Assembly (NCBI GenBank): GCA_019419665.1
Contig: DXZM01000049.1
Coordinates: 5,352 to 69,351, forward strand
Direction of reading: 5' to 3'
DNA length: 64,000 nucleotides
Source: Collinsella sp.
GTDB taxonomy: Bacteria; Actinomycetota; Coriobacteriia; Coriobacteriales; Coriobacteriaceae
Part shown: positions 1-8,840 of the stretch, in pieces
How positions within the stretch are numbered: the first letter of the stretch is position 1
Layout: the number at the start of each line of letters is the position of its first letter
Program-made: the position numbers and the translations under genes
Notes under the pieces: model-generated
What the model was told of the DNA's origin: nothing
What the model saw: the letters and a program-made list of their open reading frames with translations, nothing else
Databases searched by the model: none

Positions 1-8
1 GGTCGGCA

Positions 9-992
9 CTAGTCTCCGGATGCCTGGTTGCGGCCGGTGGCGTAGTCGATCTGCACGTGCGGCTGCAGGTTGTAGCAGTACACGTGGAAGCAGAGGGTCT
101 TGCCGTGGTCCTCGACCGATTGCGCCTCAAGGCGCACGCCGCGGCAGACAAGTTCCTCTTCGTTATACATGGGTGTGACGCGATAGAGCACGTGGTTGCC
201 CGTCTCGCGGATGTAGCCGAGAATCTGCTCCTCAAACGGCAGCATGCCTGTCTCGTTGAGATAACGCGTGCCGGTGAGGAGATTCTTGCGGTTGGCGTTT
301 TCGCCGCAGAGCGACCAGGCGATGAGATGGCAGCGGTTGTAGAGGCTCTGGCCCGGAATAAAGTCGTAGCGCTGCTGGCGCCATCCAGCGGGATGGATAC
401 GCGAGATATCGCCGCGCTCGCCTTGACCGAGTGATTCGGGTCCCACGCAGGCGAGCGCTTTGCGGGTGCGGCCCAGGCTGTCAAGCTTGGAGAACTTCTT
501 AAAGCAACCCTCTTCTGTAGCGCGCTCGTATTCATCGAGCGTGAATGATGGTGTGCCGAGCGGGTGCGTGCTGTCGGCGCGCAGGGCAACGTAGGGGTTG
601 CCGGCGTAGTCGGGAATGCTGCTGAGATAAACACCGCGGGCGCGGTTGAGGTCGGGGTTTTCGACCTCGTCGATGGGGGTGGCGGCGCTGTCCGCGGAAG
701 CGCCGTCGCCGGTGTCGGTTGTGGCGGAATCGGAGCCATCGCCAGAGTCCTGGCTGTTTTGAGGGTCCGGGGAGCTCGCCGTTCCTGATTCGAGCCGATC
801 GACCAGGTCCGCCTCGTCGTCGGTGCGGCTGGGACTTTCGTTTTGTTTTTCGGCCAGAGCTGCCGCCTGTTCATCACTTTGCGGCGACAACAACTTGGGC
901 GCTCCGTCGAGCGACCCTGTGAACAGCGCAAACCCCAGCACCACGGCGGCGCCGATGGAAAGTACTTGCTTGTAGGCGGACTTGCGCGACAT
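9..992 (-). CDS. Membrane-anchored/secreted DNA/RNA non-specific endonuclease (EndA/NucA-type DNA-entry nuclease family)
   Basis: 327-aa ORF. It has an N-terminal hydrophobic anchor (VLSIGAAVVLGFALF) and an acidic Ser/Asp-rich linker. The C-terminal core carries NRCHLIAWSL...NLLTGTRYLNETG, typical of EndA-like nucleases. Confidence 0.75.
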   Translation of the reverse strand: MSRKSAYKQVLSIGAAVVLGFALFTGSLDGAPKLLSPQSDEQAAALAEKQNESPSRTDDEADLVDRLESGTASSPDPQNSQDSGDGSDSATTDTGDGASADSAATPIDEVENPDLNRARGVYLSSIPDYAGNPYVALRADSTHPLGTPSFTLDEYERATEEGCFKKFSKLDSLGRTRKALACVGPESLGQGERGDISRIHPAGWRQQRYDFIPGQSLYNRCHLIAWSLCGENANRKNLLTGTRYLNETGMLPFEEQILGYIRETGNHVLYRVTPMYNEEELVCRGVRLEAQSVEDHGKTLCFHVYCYNLQPHVQIDYATGRNQASGD

Positions 993-1111
993 TGCGGCTC
1001 CTGGATGGACGGTTGGGAATCTACCAGTCTAGCAGGAGCCGGCAAGGGCCGTTCTGTCGAACAAATACTTAAGATTTGAGACAAACGCTACTGATTCATT
1101 TGTCCCGCGTT

Positions 1112-2122
1112 CTAGATCGAGGTGGAGTCGAGCCAGTTGAGCTTGCACTCGAGAATGCGCTGCTCGCCGGGTTCGCTGCTTCCGTCAAGTAGGGCGAGCA
1201 GCATCTCGGCTGCTTCGCGACCTTCTTGGTCGACGGGCTCGATGATGGTGGAGACGGTCGGTGTGGTGAGATTAGTCCAGTCTTCGCAGTTGAGTCCCAA
1301 AAGGCCGATTTGCTGCGGAAGCAGATGGGCCATTGGCTGGAGGGCCTTGTAGACACGGGGAAGTGCCCACTGATTTTGCACGAAGATAAGGGTTCGCTTG
1401 GCGGGATTGAACTTGAATTTAAAGTATTCGGTGAGCTCGTTGATTGACGGCTTGTTGTGATCGATGGGAATCGCTTTGTAGAGCTGCCCGTTCGCTGCCA
1501 GCGCCTCGGCATACCCCTGAAAACGCTCCATGCGGGTGCGCATTTCGGTCATGTTGGCGGCAATGGAAAAGAAATCTTCGTAGCCGGCGTCGAGGAGTGC
1601 CTGTGTGGCGTTGTACACGCCGTCGTAAAGGTTGGTTTTGATCCAGCTGGTACCTGGGCTATAGATGGCCGCATCGAAAAAGACGACCGGCTTGCCGGCG
1701 CGTCTAATGCGGTCATGCACGGCTTTGAAGTTTGCCGTGGGCTGGATGATAAAGCCATCGACGCCCAGCGAGAGCATCTTGTCGACGTACATGAGCTCGG
1801 TCTCGGGGTTAAAGTTGCTCGTGCAAACGACCGTCTGGTAGCCCGCGGGGAGCATGACCTGCTCCATGCCATTGAGAACGAGCCCCGCCCATTTGTTGGT
1901 GTTATCCAAAATGATGATGGCAATGACGTGGGTTTGCTTGCCGGTGAGCGTCTGCGCTTGGGCGTTGGGAACGTATCCGAGTTCCTTAATGACGCGCGCG
2001 ATTTTGTTCTGCGTCTTCTCGCTAAGCTTTTCTCGTTTGTCGTTGAGGTAATACGAGACGCTTGCCGTCGAGGTTCCCGCCTCTCGAGCGACGTCTGCGA
2101 TCGTAACGCGCTGTTTTGCCAC
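1112..2122 (-). CDS. LacI-family transcriptional regulator
   Basis: N-terminal HTH KQRVTIADVAREAGTSTASVSYYLN followed by a periplasmic-binding-fold domain. I prefer the GTG start at 2122, which is preceded by GGAAGGAG, over the ATG at 2158, which lacks an RBS. It is divergent from the PTS operon. Confidence 0.85.
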   Translation of the reverse strand: MAKQRVTIADVAREAGTSTASVSYYLNDKREKLSEKTQNKIARVIKELGYVPNAQAQTLTGKQTHVIAIIILDNTNKWAGLVLNGMEQVMLPAGYQTVVCTSNFNPETELMYVDKMLSLGVDGFIIQPTANFKAVHDRIRRAGKPVVFFDAAIYSPGTSWIKTNLYDGVYNATQALLDAGYEDFFSIAANMTEMRTRMERFQGYAEALAANGQLYKAIPIDHNKPSINELTEYFKFKFNPAKRTLIFVQNQWALPRVYKALQPMAHLLPQQIGLLGLNCEDWTNLTTPTVSTIIEPVDQEGREAAEMLLALLDGSSEPGEQRILECKLNWLDSTSI

Positions 2123-2537
2123 AGCGACTCCTTCCGACAGATGAGCATTTTCCAACATGATGACTTTGAGTCTTGGTGAAGGATACGCTTCGGTGAGCGG
2201 CTTTTTCCTTTCATATGAGTATGCAACAAATGCGGCATACGGGTGGGGTCGAAATTTGTGACCGGCATGCGCATCTGCCGTCTACCGAGAAAATCAAATA
2301 CTTCTTGACTTTTGAAATCGAGGGCAAAATCGCAGGATTCAATTTTGGTTAAACGCATAACTAAATCGCATAACCAACGCTCTGACCTGTGCGTTTACCG
2401 AAATAAGCTGGCATTAAGAAAAACGAGCACCTATATTGTTCTTGTCGAAAAGACAGCAAGTCCAAACGGCAGGGGATGCTCCGGAGGCCTCCGCAAACGG
2501 TGTCTTGCGCACGCAACTCTATGAAAAGAGGGAAGCA

Positions 2538-4010
2538 ATGAAGATCGTAGGCGTTGCCGCCTGTACTGTGGGTATCGCCCACACGTATATGGCCCAGAAG
2601 GCGATTCAGGATGAATGCGCCGCCCGTGGCATCGAGTGCAAGGTCGAGGCTCAGGGTGGCCTGGGTATCGAGAATGAGCTCACGCAGGAAGACGTGGACT
2701 CCGCCGACCTGGTCCTGGAGTCCGTCGACGTGGGTGTCGAGAACGAGGACCGTTTTGAGCAGAAGATGGCCGAGGGCAAGTTCCTGAAGGTCGGCACCTC
2801 GGATGTAATCGCCGATCCGGTAAAGATCATCGACCAGGCCATTGAGATCATCAAGGCGACGGGTGGCGCCGTTGACGCGCCCAAGGCCGAGGCCAAGGCA
2901 GAGAAGAAGGCCGTCTCCGCTGCCCCGCAGGCCCCGACACCGGCGTCCAAGCAGTCTATCTTTGCCGATCCTGGCAAGACGCTGCTCAATGCATTCAATA
3001 CCGGCGTTTCCTATTTTATCCCCATCGTCGTTATCGGCGGCGTGTTTCTTGCCTTCTCGCTGGCATCCGGTACCGCCGGCGCCAACGGCATGGAGGTTAC
3101 GAACCCGCTGATGGTGAGCCTTAACACCATCGGCATGGCCGGCATCTCCATGATGATCCCGGTGCTTGCGGCATACATCTCCTACTCGATGGCCGGCAAG
3201 CCCGCGCTCGCCCCCGGTTTTGTCCTGGGCTACCTGGTCAACAACGCAGTCGTTACCCCTAACGGCAACAGCGTTTCGACCGGCTTCTTGGGCGCCATGA
3301 TCATGGCGGTCATCTGCGGCTACTTTGTCCGCTGGATGAAGACCTGGAAGGTCAACAACACCATCCAGACCATCATGCCCATCCTGATCATCCCGATTCT
3401 GACCTCGCTTGTCCTGGGCATGGCCTATATCTACATCCTGGCCACGCCGCTTGGCTTTGTGATGGACTGGCTCACCGGCGTGCTCGGCAGCCTGCAGGGC
3501 GGTTCCGCAGTTGTCCTGGGTCTGGTCATTGGCGTTATGACCGCCTTCGATATGGGTGGCCCCATCAACAAGACCGCCTCGACCTTCACCATGGCCATCA
3601 TGGCCTCCGGTATCTACGGTCCTAACGGTATGTTCCGCGTCGCCGTCGCCGTTCCCCCGATCGCCTGTGGCCTCGCTGCGCTCATCGCCAAGAACAAGTT
3701 CGATGACGCTGACCGCCAGATGGGCATCTCCGCGCTGTTCATGGGTTGCATCGGTATTACCGAGGGCGCTATCCCCTTCGCGGTCAAGGACCTCGGTCAC
3801 ACCCTGCCCGGCATTTGCATCGGCTCTGCCGTGGGTGCGGCACTTGCCGCCTTCCAGGGCATCGACTGCTACGTCCCGCACGGTGGCTTTATCGTCGCCC
3901 TTGCCACCAACAACGTCGCGCTGTTCTGCCTGGACATCGTGATTGGCGCCGTGGTCGCCGCTGCAATCCTGATTGCCATGAAGCCCACGCTCGATAAGCA
4001 GGCCAAGTAA
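2538..4010 (+). CDS. PTS fructose-family EIIBC component
   Basis: Starts MKIVGVAACTVGIAHTYMA (EIIB-Fru Cys motif) after the RBS AGAGGGAAG. A linker and a polytopic EIIC domain follow. The upstream in-frame extension in the ORF track lacks an RBS. Confidence 0.9.
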   Translation: MKIVGVAACTVGIAHTYMAQKAIQDECAARGIECKVEAQGGLGIENELTQEDVDSADLVLESVDVGVENEDRFEQKMAEGKFLKVGTSDVIADPVKIIDQAIEIIKATGGAVDAPKAEAKAEKKAVSAAPQAPTPASKQSIFADPGKTLLNAFNTGVSYFIPIVVIGGVFLAFSLASGTAGANGMEVTNPLMVSLNTIGMAGISMMIPVLAAYISYSMAGKPALAPGFVLGYLVNNAVVTPNGNSVSTGFLGAMIMAVICGYFVRWMKTWKVNNTIQTIMPILIIPILTSLVLGMAYIYILATPLGFVMDWLTGVLGSLQGGSAVVLGLVIGVMTAFDMGGPINKTASTFTMAIMASGIYGPNGMFRVAVAVPPIACGLAALIAKNKFDDADRQMGISALFMGCIGITEGAIPFAVKDLGHTLPGICIGSAVGAALAAFQGIDCYVPHGGFIVALATNNVALFCLDIVIGAVVAAAILIAMKPTLDKQAK

Positions 4011-4154
4011 ACCTTTAAGGACTCCGGTTGTGCGGAGGGATGGATTTGACTCCGCACAACCGCCCCTACACAACAAAATCCATCCGTACTGATAGGGCCC
4101 ACATCTGGGTCCCAGGGAACTTTTGTCAAAAATCCTCTGGAGAAGGAGAACAAA

Positions 4155-5429
4155 ATGTCCAACCTCACCATCCGTCAGGCCGTTCAGGGCATGCTCAAGC
4201 TGCAGGATAGCGGCGATCACGCAACCATGGTCGGCATTGGCCCCATGAGCCCCAACCTGATTCAGGCCGTGTTCGAGCTTGCCAAGGACGAGGATTTCCC
4301 GCCCATGTTTATCGCCAGCCGCAACCAGGTCGATATGGACGAGATGGGCGCCGGCTACGTCAACGGTTGGGACCAGACGCGCTTTGCCGCCGACATCAAG
4401 AAGGTTGCCGACGAGGTGGGTTACACCGGTCCGTACTACCTGTGCCGCGATCACGGCGGTCCGTGGCAGCGCGACGAGGAGCGTAACGCCCACCTGCCCG
4501 AGGACGAGGCCATGGAGCTCGCCCGCAAGTCCTTCGTCGCCGACATGGAGGCGGGCTTTGACCTGCTGATGGTCGACCCCACCAAGGACCCCTATCAGAT
4601 CGGCAAGGTTATTCCGCTCGACGTGGTGCTTCGCCGCACGATCGATCTTATCGACTACCTTGAGCAGTACCGTCGCGAGCATAACCTGCCCGAGGTTGCC
4701 TATGAGGTCGGTACCGAGGAGACCAATGGCGGCTTGACCTCTACCGATAAGTACGAGGAGTTCATTTCTCAGCTGCAGCCCGAGCTCGAGAAGCGCGGCT
4801 GCCCCATGCCCACCTTTATCGTCGGCCAGACCGGTACGCTCACCCGTTGGACCGAGCAGGTCGGCCATTACAACTTCAAGAATGCCCGCGAGCTCGCCGA
4901 CATGGCTAAGCGCTACGGCGTGGGCCTGAAGGAGCACAACGCCGACTATCTGGACGACGCGACGCTGCTCGAGCACATCCCGGCACACGTGACCGCCTCC
5001 AACGTTGCTCCGCAGTATGGCACCGAGGAGACCCGCGCCTACCTCAAGCTCTGCGCCACCGAGCAGATCCTGGTCGACAACGGTCTGTGCGATGACCCCT
5101 CCGACCTGTATCACACCCTGCTGGTCAAGGCTATCAAGACCGAGCGCTGGCGCAAGTGGATGACTGGCGACGACGTCAACCTGCAGGTCGACGACATTCT
5201 TGCCGACGATGAGCTCAGCCTGAAGATCCTGGATGTCTCCGGTCACTATGCGTTCAACGATCCCGAGGTCAAGGAGCAGGTCGAGAAGCTCTACCGCAAC
5301 CTCGCCGCTCAGGACATCGACGGCAAGCGCTTTGTCATCGAGCACATCAAGCGCCCGATCAAGCAGTACGTCGTCGGTCTTAACCTCAAGGGCGTCACGA
5401 CCCGCATCGAGGCCGCTCTTGCCGAGTAA
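4155..5429 (+). CDS. GatZ/KbaZ-family protein (class II tagatose-bisphosphate aldolase non-catalytic subunit / tagatose-6-P 4-epimerase-like)
   Basis: 424 aa, the size expected for the family. The N-terminus (MVGIGPMSPNLIQAVFELAKDEDFPPMFIASRNQVD) is typical of it. Strong RBS GGAGAAGGAG. Confidence 0.75.
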   Translation: MSNLTIRQAVQGMLKLQDSGDHATMVGIGPMSPNLIQAVFELAKDEDFPPMFIASRNQVDMDEMGAGYVNGWDQTRFAADIKKVADEVGYTGPYYLCRDHGGPWQRDEERNAHLPEDEAMELARKSFVADMEAGFDLLMVDPTKDPYQIGKVIPLDVVLRRTIDLIDYLEQYRREHNLPEVAYEVGTEETNGGLTSTDKYEEFISQLQPELEKRGCPMPTFIVGQTGTLTRWTEQVGHYNFKNARELADMAKRYGVGLKEHNADYLDDATLLEHIPAHVTASNVAPQYGTEETRAYLKLCATEQILVDNGLCDDPSDLYHTLLVKAIKTERWRKWMTGDDVNLQVDDILADDELSLKILDVSGHYAFNDPEVKEQVEKLYRNLAAQDIDGKRFVIEHIKRPIKQYVVGLNLKGVTTRIEAALAE

Positions 5430-5486
5430 GTAGCTTTTCCTACGCGACGCCGGGCCTGGGGCATGTCCCAGCTGCAGGCCCGGCAC

Positions 5487-5517
5487 ATGGGACAAAGGGG
5501 CAGTCCCTTTGTCCCAT
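5487..5517. repeat. Hairpin repeat family 1, copy 1 (ATGGGACAAAGGGG-CAGT-CCCTTTGTCCCAT)
   Basis: 13-bp perfect stem with a 5-nt loop. It lies downstream of the GatZ-like gene stop, before fsa. Confidence 0.8.
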
Positions 5518-5553
5518 TCTTTTGAGTTTTAGCTTCCTTTGAAGGGGTTCACC

Positions 5554-6237
5554 ATGAAGTTCTTTATCGATACCGCCAATCTGGACGAGATTGCCGAGGC
5601 CAAGAGCTGGGGCTGCCTGGCCGGTGTTACCACCAACCCGTCCCTGTACGCCAAGACCGGCGGCAAGCTTGCCGACTTTGAGCCGCATATGCTCAAGATT
5701 GCCGAGCTCTGCGAGGGCCTGCCCGTGTCCGCCGAGTCTACCGCGACCACTGCCGAGGGTATGATCGAGGAGGGCAAGCGCCTTGCCGCCCTCGCCCCCA
5801 ACATCGTGGTCAAGCTTCCCGTGTGCGAGGCCGGCCTTGCCGCCTGCCGTGCGCTGGCCGATGCTGGCGTGCGCGTCAACATGACGCTCGTCTTCTCGCC
5901 GACGCAGGCCCTTATGGCCGCCAACGCCGGTGCTCGCTACATCAGCCCGTTTGTCGGTCGTTTCGACGACATCGCCGAGGACGGTATCTCGCAGCTCGAC
6001 AACGTCGTGACCTGCATTAAGAACTACGACTGGACGGGCAAGAACGTCGACGACACCGTCGAGATCATCACCGCCTCGGTTCGTACGCCCAACCACGTGA
6101 CCCAGGCCGCGCTACTCGGTGCCGATATTGCGACCGTGCCCATGGCCGCTCTCAAGAAGTGCCTGCATCATCCGCTGACCGACCAGGGCCTCGCCTCTTT
6201 TGAGGCTGACTGGCAGAAGGTCGTCGCTCAGGCTTAA
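5554..6237 (+). CDS. Fructose-6-phosphate aldolase / type 3B transaldolase (Fsa/TalC family)
   Basis: MKFFIDTANLDEI...GVTTNPSL...VKLP motifs, about 227 aa. ATG at 5554 follows the RBS GAAGGGG. Confidence 0.85.
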   Translation: MKFFIDTANLDEIAEAKSWGCLAGVTTNPSLYAKTGGKLADFEPHMLKIAELCEGLPVSAESTATTAEGMIEEGKRLAALAPNIVVKLPVCEAGLAACRALADAGVRVNMTLVFSPTQALMAANAGARYISPFVGRFDDIAEDGISQLDNVVTCIKNYDWTGKNVDDTVEIITASVRTPNHVTQAALLGADIATVPMAALKKCLHHPLTDQGLASFEADWQKVVAQA

Positions 6238-6300
6238 CGAGTGGATTGCCCCGGCATCGCGTCATCCGGTGCCGGGGTTGTTCTCAAGAGAGGAATTCGT

Positions 6301-7131
6301 ATGACCAACCAGGAGCTGGCGAAGGTCGCCAATGAGGTCAGGAAGGGTGTCGTGACTGCGGTTCACGCGGCCAAGTCGGGACACCCGGGTGGATCGCTCG
6401 GTGCTGCCGACATCATGACGTATCTGTACTTTGAGGAAATGAATATCGATCCTGCCGACCCTCACAAGGCCGATCGCGATCGCTTTGTGCTCTCCAAGGG
6501 TCACGCGGCGCCGGGCCTGTATTCGGTGTTGGCAAATCGCGGCTATTTTCCCGTCGAAGAGCTCGAGACGCTCCGCCATATTGGCAGCCGACTGCAGGGC
6601 CATCCCAACATGAACGACGCCCCTGGCATCGATATGTCCACCGGATCGCTCGGTCAGGGCATCTCTGCTGCAGTTGGAATGGCGCTTGCCGCTAAGCACT
6701 GGGGCGACGGCTGCCGTGTCTACACGTTGCTGGGCGACGGTGAGTGCGAGGAAGGCCAGGTGTGGGAGGCGGCCATGTTCGCCGGCAACCATGCACTCGA
6801 CAATCTTGTTGCCGTCGTCGACCACAACGGCTTGCAGATTGACGGCACGATCGATGAGGTCAACTCGGCCATGCCGCTCGCTGACAAGTTCCGCGCCTTT
6901 AAGTGGCATGTGATCGAGCTCGCCGACGGTAACGACATGGCGCAGATTGAGGCGGCTTTCGCTGAGGCTCGTGAGGTGACCGGCGTGCCCGTCGCTATCA
7001 TCGCCGAGACGGTGAAGGGCAAAGGCGTATCCTTTATGGAGAACCAGGTTGGCTGGCATGGCAAGGCGCCCAACGATGAACAGTTTGAGCAGGCCATGGC
7101 CGAGCTCGCGGCAGCAGGAGAGGAGCTCTAA
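6301..7131 (+). CDS. Transketolase, N-terminal (TPP-binding) subunit
   Basis: SGHPGGSLGAADIMTYLYF and GDGECEEGQVWEA motifs. The short form (about 276 aa) is characteristic of split transketolases. Confidence 0.9.
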   Translation: MTNQELAKVANEVRKGVVTAVHAAKSGHPGGSLGAADIMTYLYFEEMNIDPADPHKADRDRFVLSKGHAAPGLYSVLANRGYFPVEELETLRHIGSRLQGHPNMNDAPGIDMSTGSLGQGISAAVGMALAAKHWGDGCRVYTLLGDGECEEGQVWEAAMFAGNHALDNLVAVVDHNGLQIDGTIDEVNSAMPLADKFRAFKWHVIELADGNDMAQIEAAFAEAREVTGVPVAIIAETVKGKGVSFMENQVGWHGKAPNDEQFEQAMAELAAAGEEL

Positions 7132-8069
7132 TGGCAGAGGTCAAAAAAGTCGCCACGCGCGTAAGCTACGGCGAGGCGCTCGTCGAGCTGGGCAATGAGC
7201 ACGATGACTTTGTAGTGCTCGATGCCGACCTGGCTGCCGCTACGCAGACGGGTAAGTTTAAGGCTGCGCACCCTGAGCGCTTCTACGATGCCGGCATTGC
7301 CGAGAGCAACTTGATGGGGCTCGCCGCCGGCATTGCGACCACGGGCCACGTCGCCTTTGCGAGCACCTTTGCCATGTTCGCCGCCGGCCGTGCGTACGAA
7401 CAAGTGCGTAATTCTATTGGCTATCCGCACCTCAACGTCAAAATCGGTGCCACGCATGCGGGTATCTCGGTCGGTGAAGACGGCGCCACGCATCAGTGCT
7501 GCGAGGACATCGCGCTCATGCGCACGATCCCGGGTATGACGGTAATCGTTCCCGCCGATGACATCGAGGCTCGCGCTTGCGTGCGCGCCGCCTATGAGTT
7601 TGAGGGCCCGGTTTACATGCGCTTCGGCCGCCTGGCAACACCGGTCATCAACGATCACGAGGACTATGAGTTCAAGATTGGTCGCGGCGTGGTCGTGCGC
7701 GAGGGGTCCGATGTGACCATCATCGCTTGTGGCCTTATGGTCGCCGAGGCGCTTGAGGCTGCCGAGGCGCTCGCTGCCGATGGTATCGATGCCGAGGTCA
7801 TCAATATGCACACGATCAAGCCGCTTGATGAGCGCCTGGTGGTTGCCAGCGCCAAGAAGACCGGTCGCGTGGTCACTGCCGAGGAGCATTCGATTATCGG
7901 TGGTCTTGGCGAGGCCGTGGCCTCGGTGCTCGCGGAGCAGCATCCGGTGCCGATGCGTCGCGTCGGCGTGCGCGATGTGTATGGCGAGTCCGGCCCTGCG
8001 GTCGATTTGCTGCACAAGTACGGTTTGGACGCCGACGGCATCGAAGCTGCGGTCAGGTCCGTGTTGTAA
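7131..8069 (+). CDS. Transketolase, C-terminal (pyrimidine-binding) subunit
   Basis: ATG overlaps the upstream stop (TAATG). Contains FYDAGIAESNLMGLAAG and GATHQCCEDIALMR motifs. Confidence 0.9.
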   Translation: MAEVKKVATRVSYGEALVELGNEHDDFVVLDADLAAATQTGKFKAAHPERFYDAGIAESNLMGLAAGIATTGHVAFASTFAMFAAGRAYEQVRNSIGYPHLNVKIGATHAGISVGEDGATHQCCEDIALMRTIPGMTVIVPADDIEARACVRAAYEFEGPVYMRFGRLATPVINDHEDYEFKIGRGVVVREGSDVTIIACGLMVAEALEAAEALAADGIDAEVINMHTIKPLDERLVVASAKKTGRVVTAEEHSIIGGLGEAVASVLAEQHPVPMRRVGVRDVYGESGPAVDLLHKYGLDADGIEAAVRSVL

Positions 8070-8080
8070 GGAAGGTTTCC

Positions 8081-8533
8081 ATGGGATTTGTATCTGCCAA
8101 CCAAGTGACAATCGGGTATACCGCCGCCTCGCGCGAGGACGCCCTACATTATTTGTCCGAGCAGGCCATCGAGCTCGGCTTTGCCGATGACGCATCTGCC
8201 GTAGAGGCCGCCTTCATTGCTCGCGAGAACGAGGCCGAGACCGGCCTTGTCGCCGGTTTTGCCGTTCCGCATGCCAAAAGCGACGCGATCCACACGCCGG
8301 GCGTTGCCGTGCTTAAACTGACCGAGCCCGTTGAATGGCCGAGCTTCGATGGGGTGCCCGTCGATGTTGCGCTCGCGCTGTACGTGCCCGCCGGCGAGGC
8401 CGGAACTACGCACCTGCGTCTGCTCTCCAAGGCTGCCGTGATGCTGATGGACGCCGGCTTCCGTGACAAGGTGCGCGCGAGCACCGATCCCGTTGAGATT
8501 GCGGAGCTCATCAATAGCGGACTCGAAGACTAG
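8081..8533 (+). CDS. PTS EIIA component (fructose/mannitol EIIA-2 family)
   Basis: 150 aa. Contains GFAVPHAK (phosphorylatable His context). RBS TAAGGAAGG. It is the last gene of the operon. Confidence 0.85.
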   Translation: MGFVSANQVTIGYTAASREDALHYLSEQAIELGFADDASAVEAAFIARENEAETGLVAGFAVPHAKSDAIHTPGVAVLKLTEPVEWPSFDGVPVDVALALYVPAGEAGTTHLRLLSKAAVMLMDAGFRDKVRASTDPVEIAELINSGLED

Positions 8534-8616
8534 AACGGTCATCCCGTTCAATCAATTGATCCTTCTCCAAGGAAAAGGGCCGCGACGCCGTATGGGTGTC
8601 ACGGCCCTATTTGCGT

Positions 8617-8664
8617 TTCCCCAGATAAAACCTGCCAAAATAAACCTGTCCCTTATTGGCAGGT
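8617..8664 (+). repeat. 49-nt intergenic repeat family 3, copy 1
   Basis: TTTCCCCAGATAAAACCTGCCAAAATAAACCTGTCCCTTATTGGCAGGT. Confidence 0.8.
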
Positions 8665-8840
8665 CAGTTAACGCAGTGCAGGTTGAGCATATGCGAGCGA
8701 GCGGGCTCCGGGTGCGGTAAGGTGACGTGAAACAAGCGGGCGCTGACCTTTTGGTCGCGCCCGTGAAGTTGAACGTCAGATTGCCGTGCCCGGGGCCCGC
8801 GCAGCGCCGAGCAGTTACGCCGTTTGTAAAACGGCGTAAC

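Noticed and set aside
2361-5495. Very long antisense or alternative-frame ORFs: 2361-5495(-), 13727-15817(-), 34273-36369(-), 38360-40789(+), 41822-44122(-), 44134-45942(-), 53993-56056(+), 57428-59443(+), 47817-48497(-), and many shorter ones.
   Set aside because: Each lies opposite or out of frame to a gene with clear family motifs. Their translations are Arg/Gly/Ala/Pro-rich low-complexity strings, typical of stop-codon-poor high-GC DNA. They have no RBS or family signatures.
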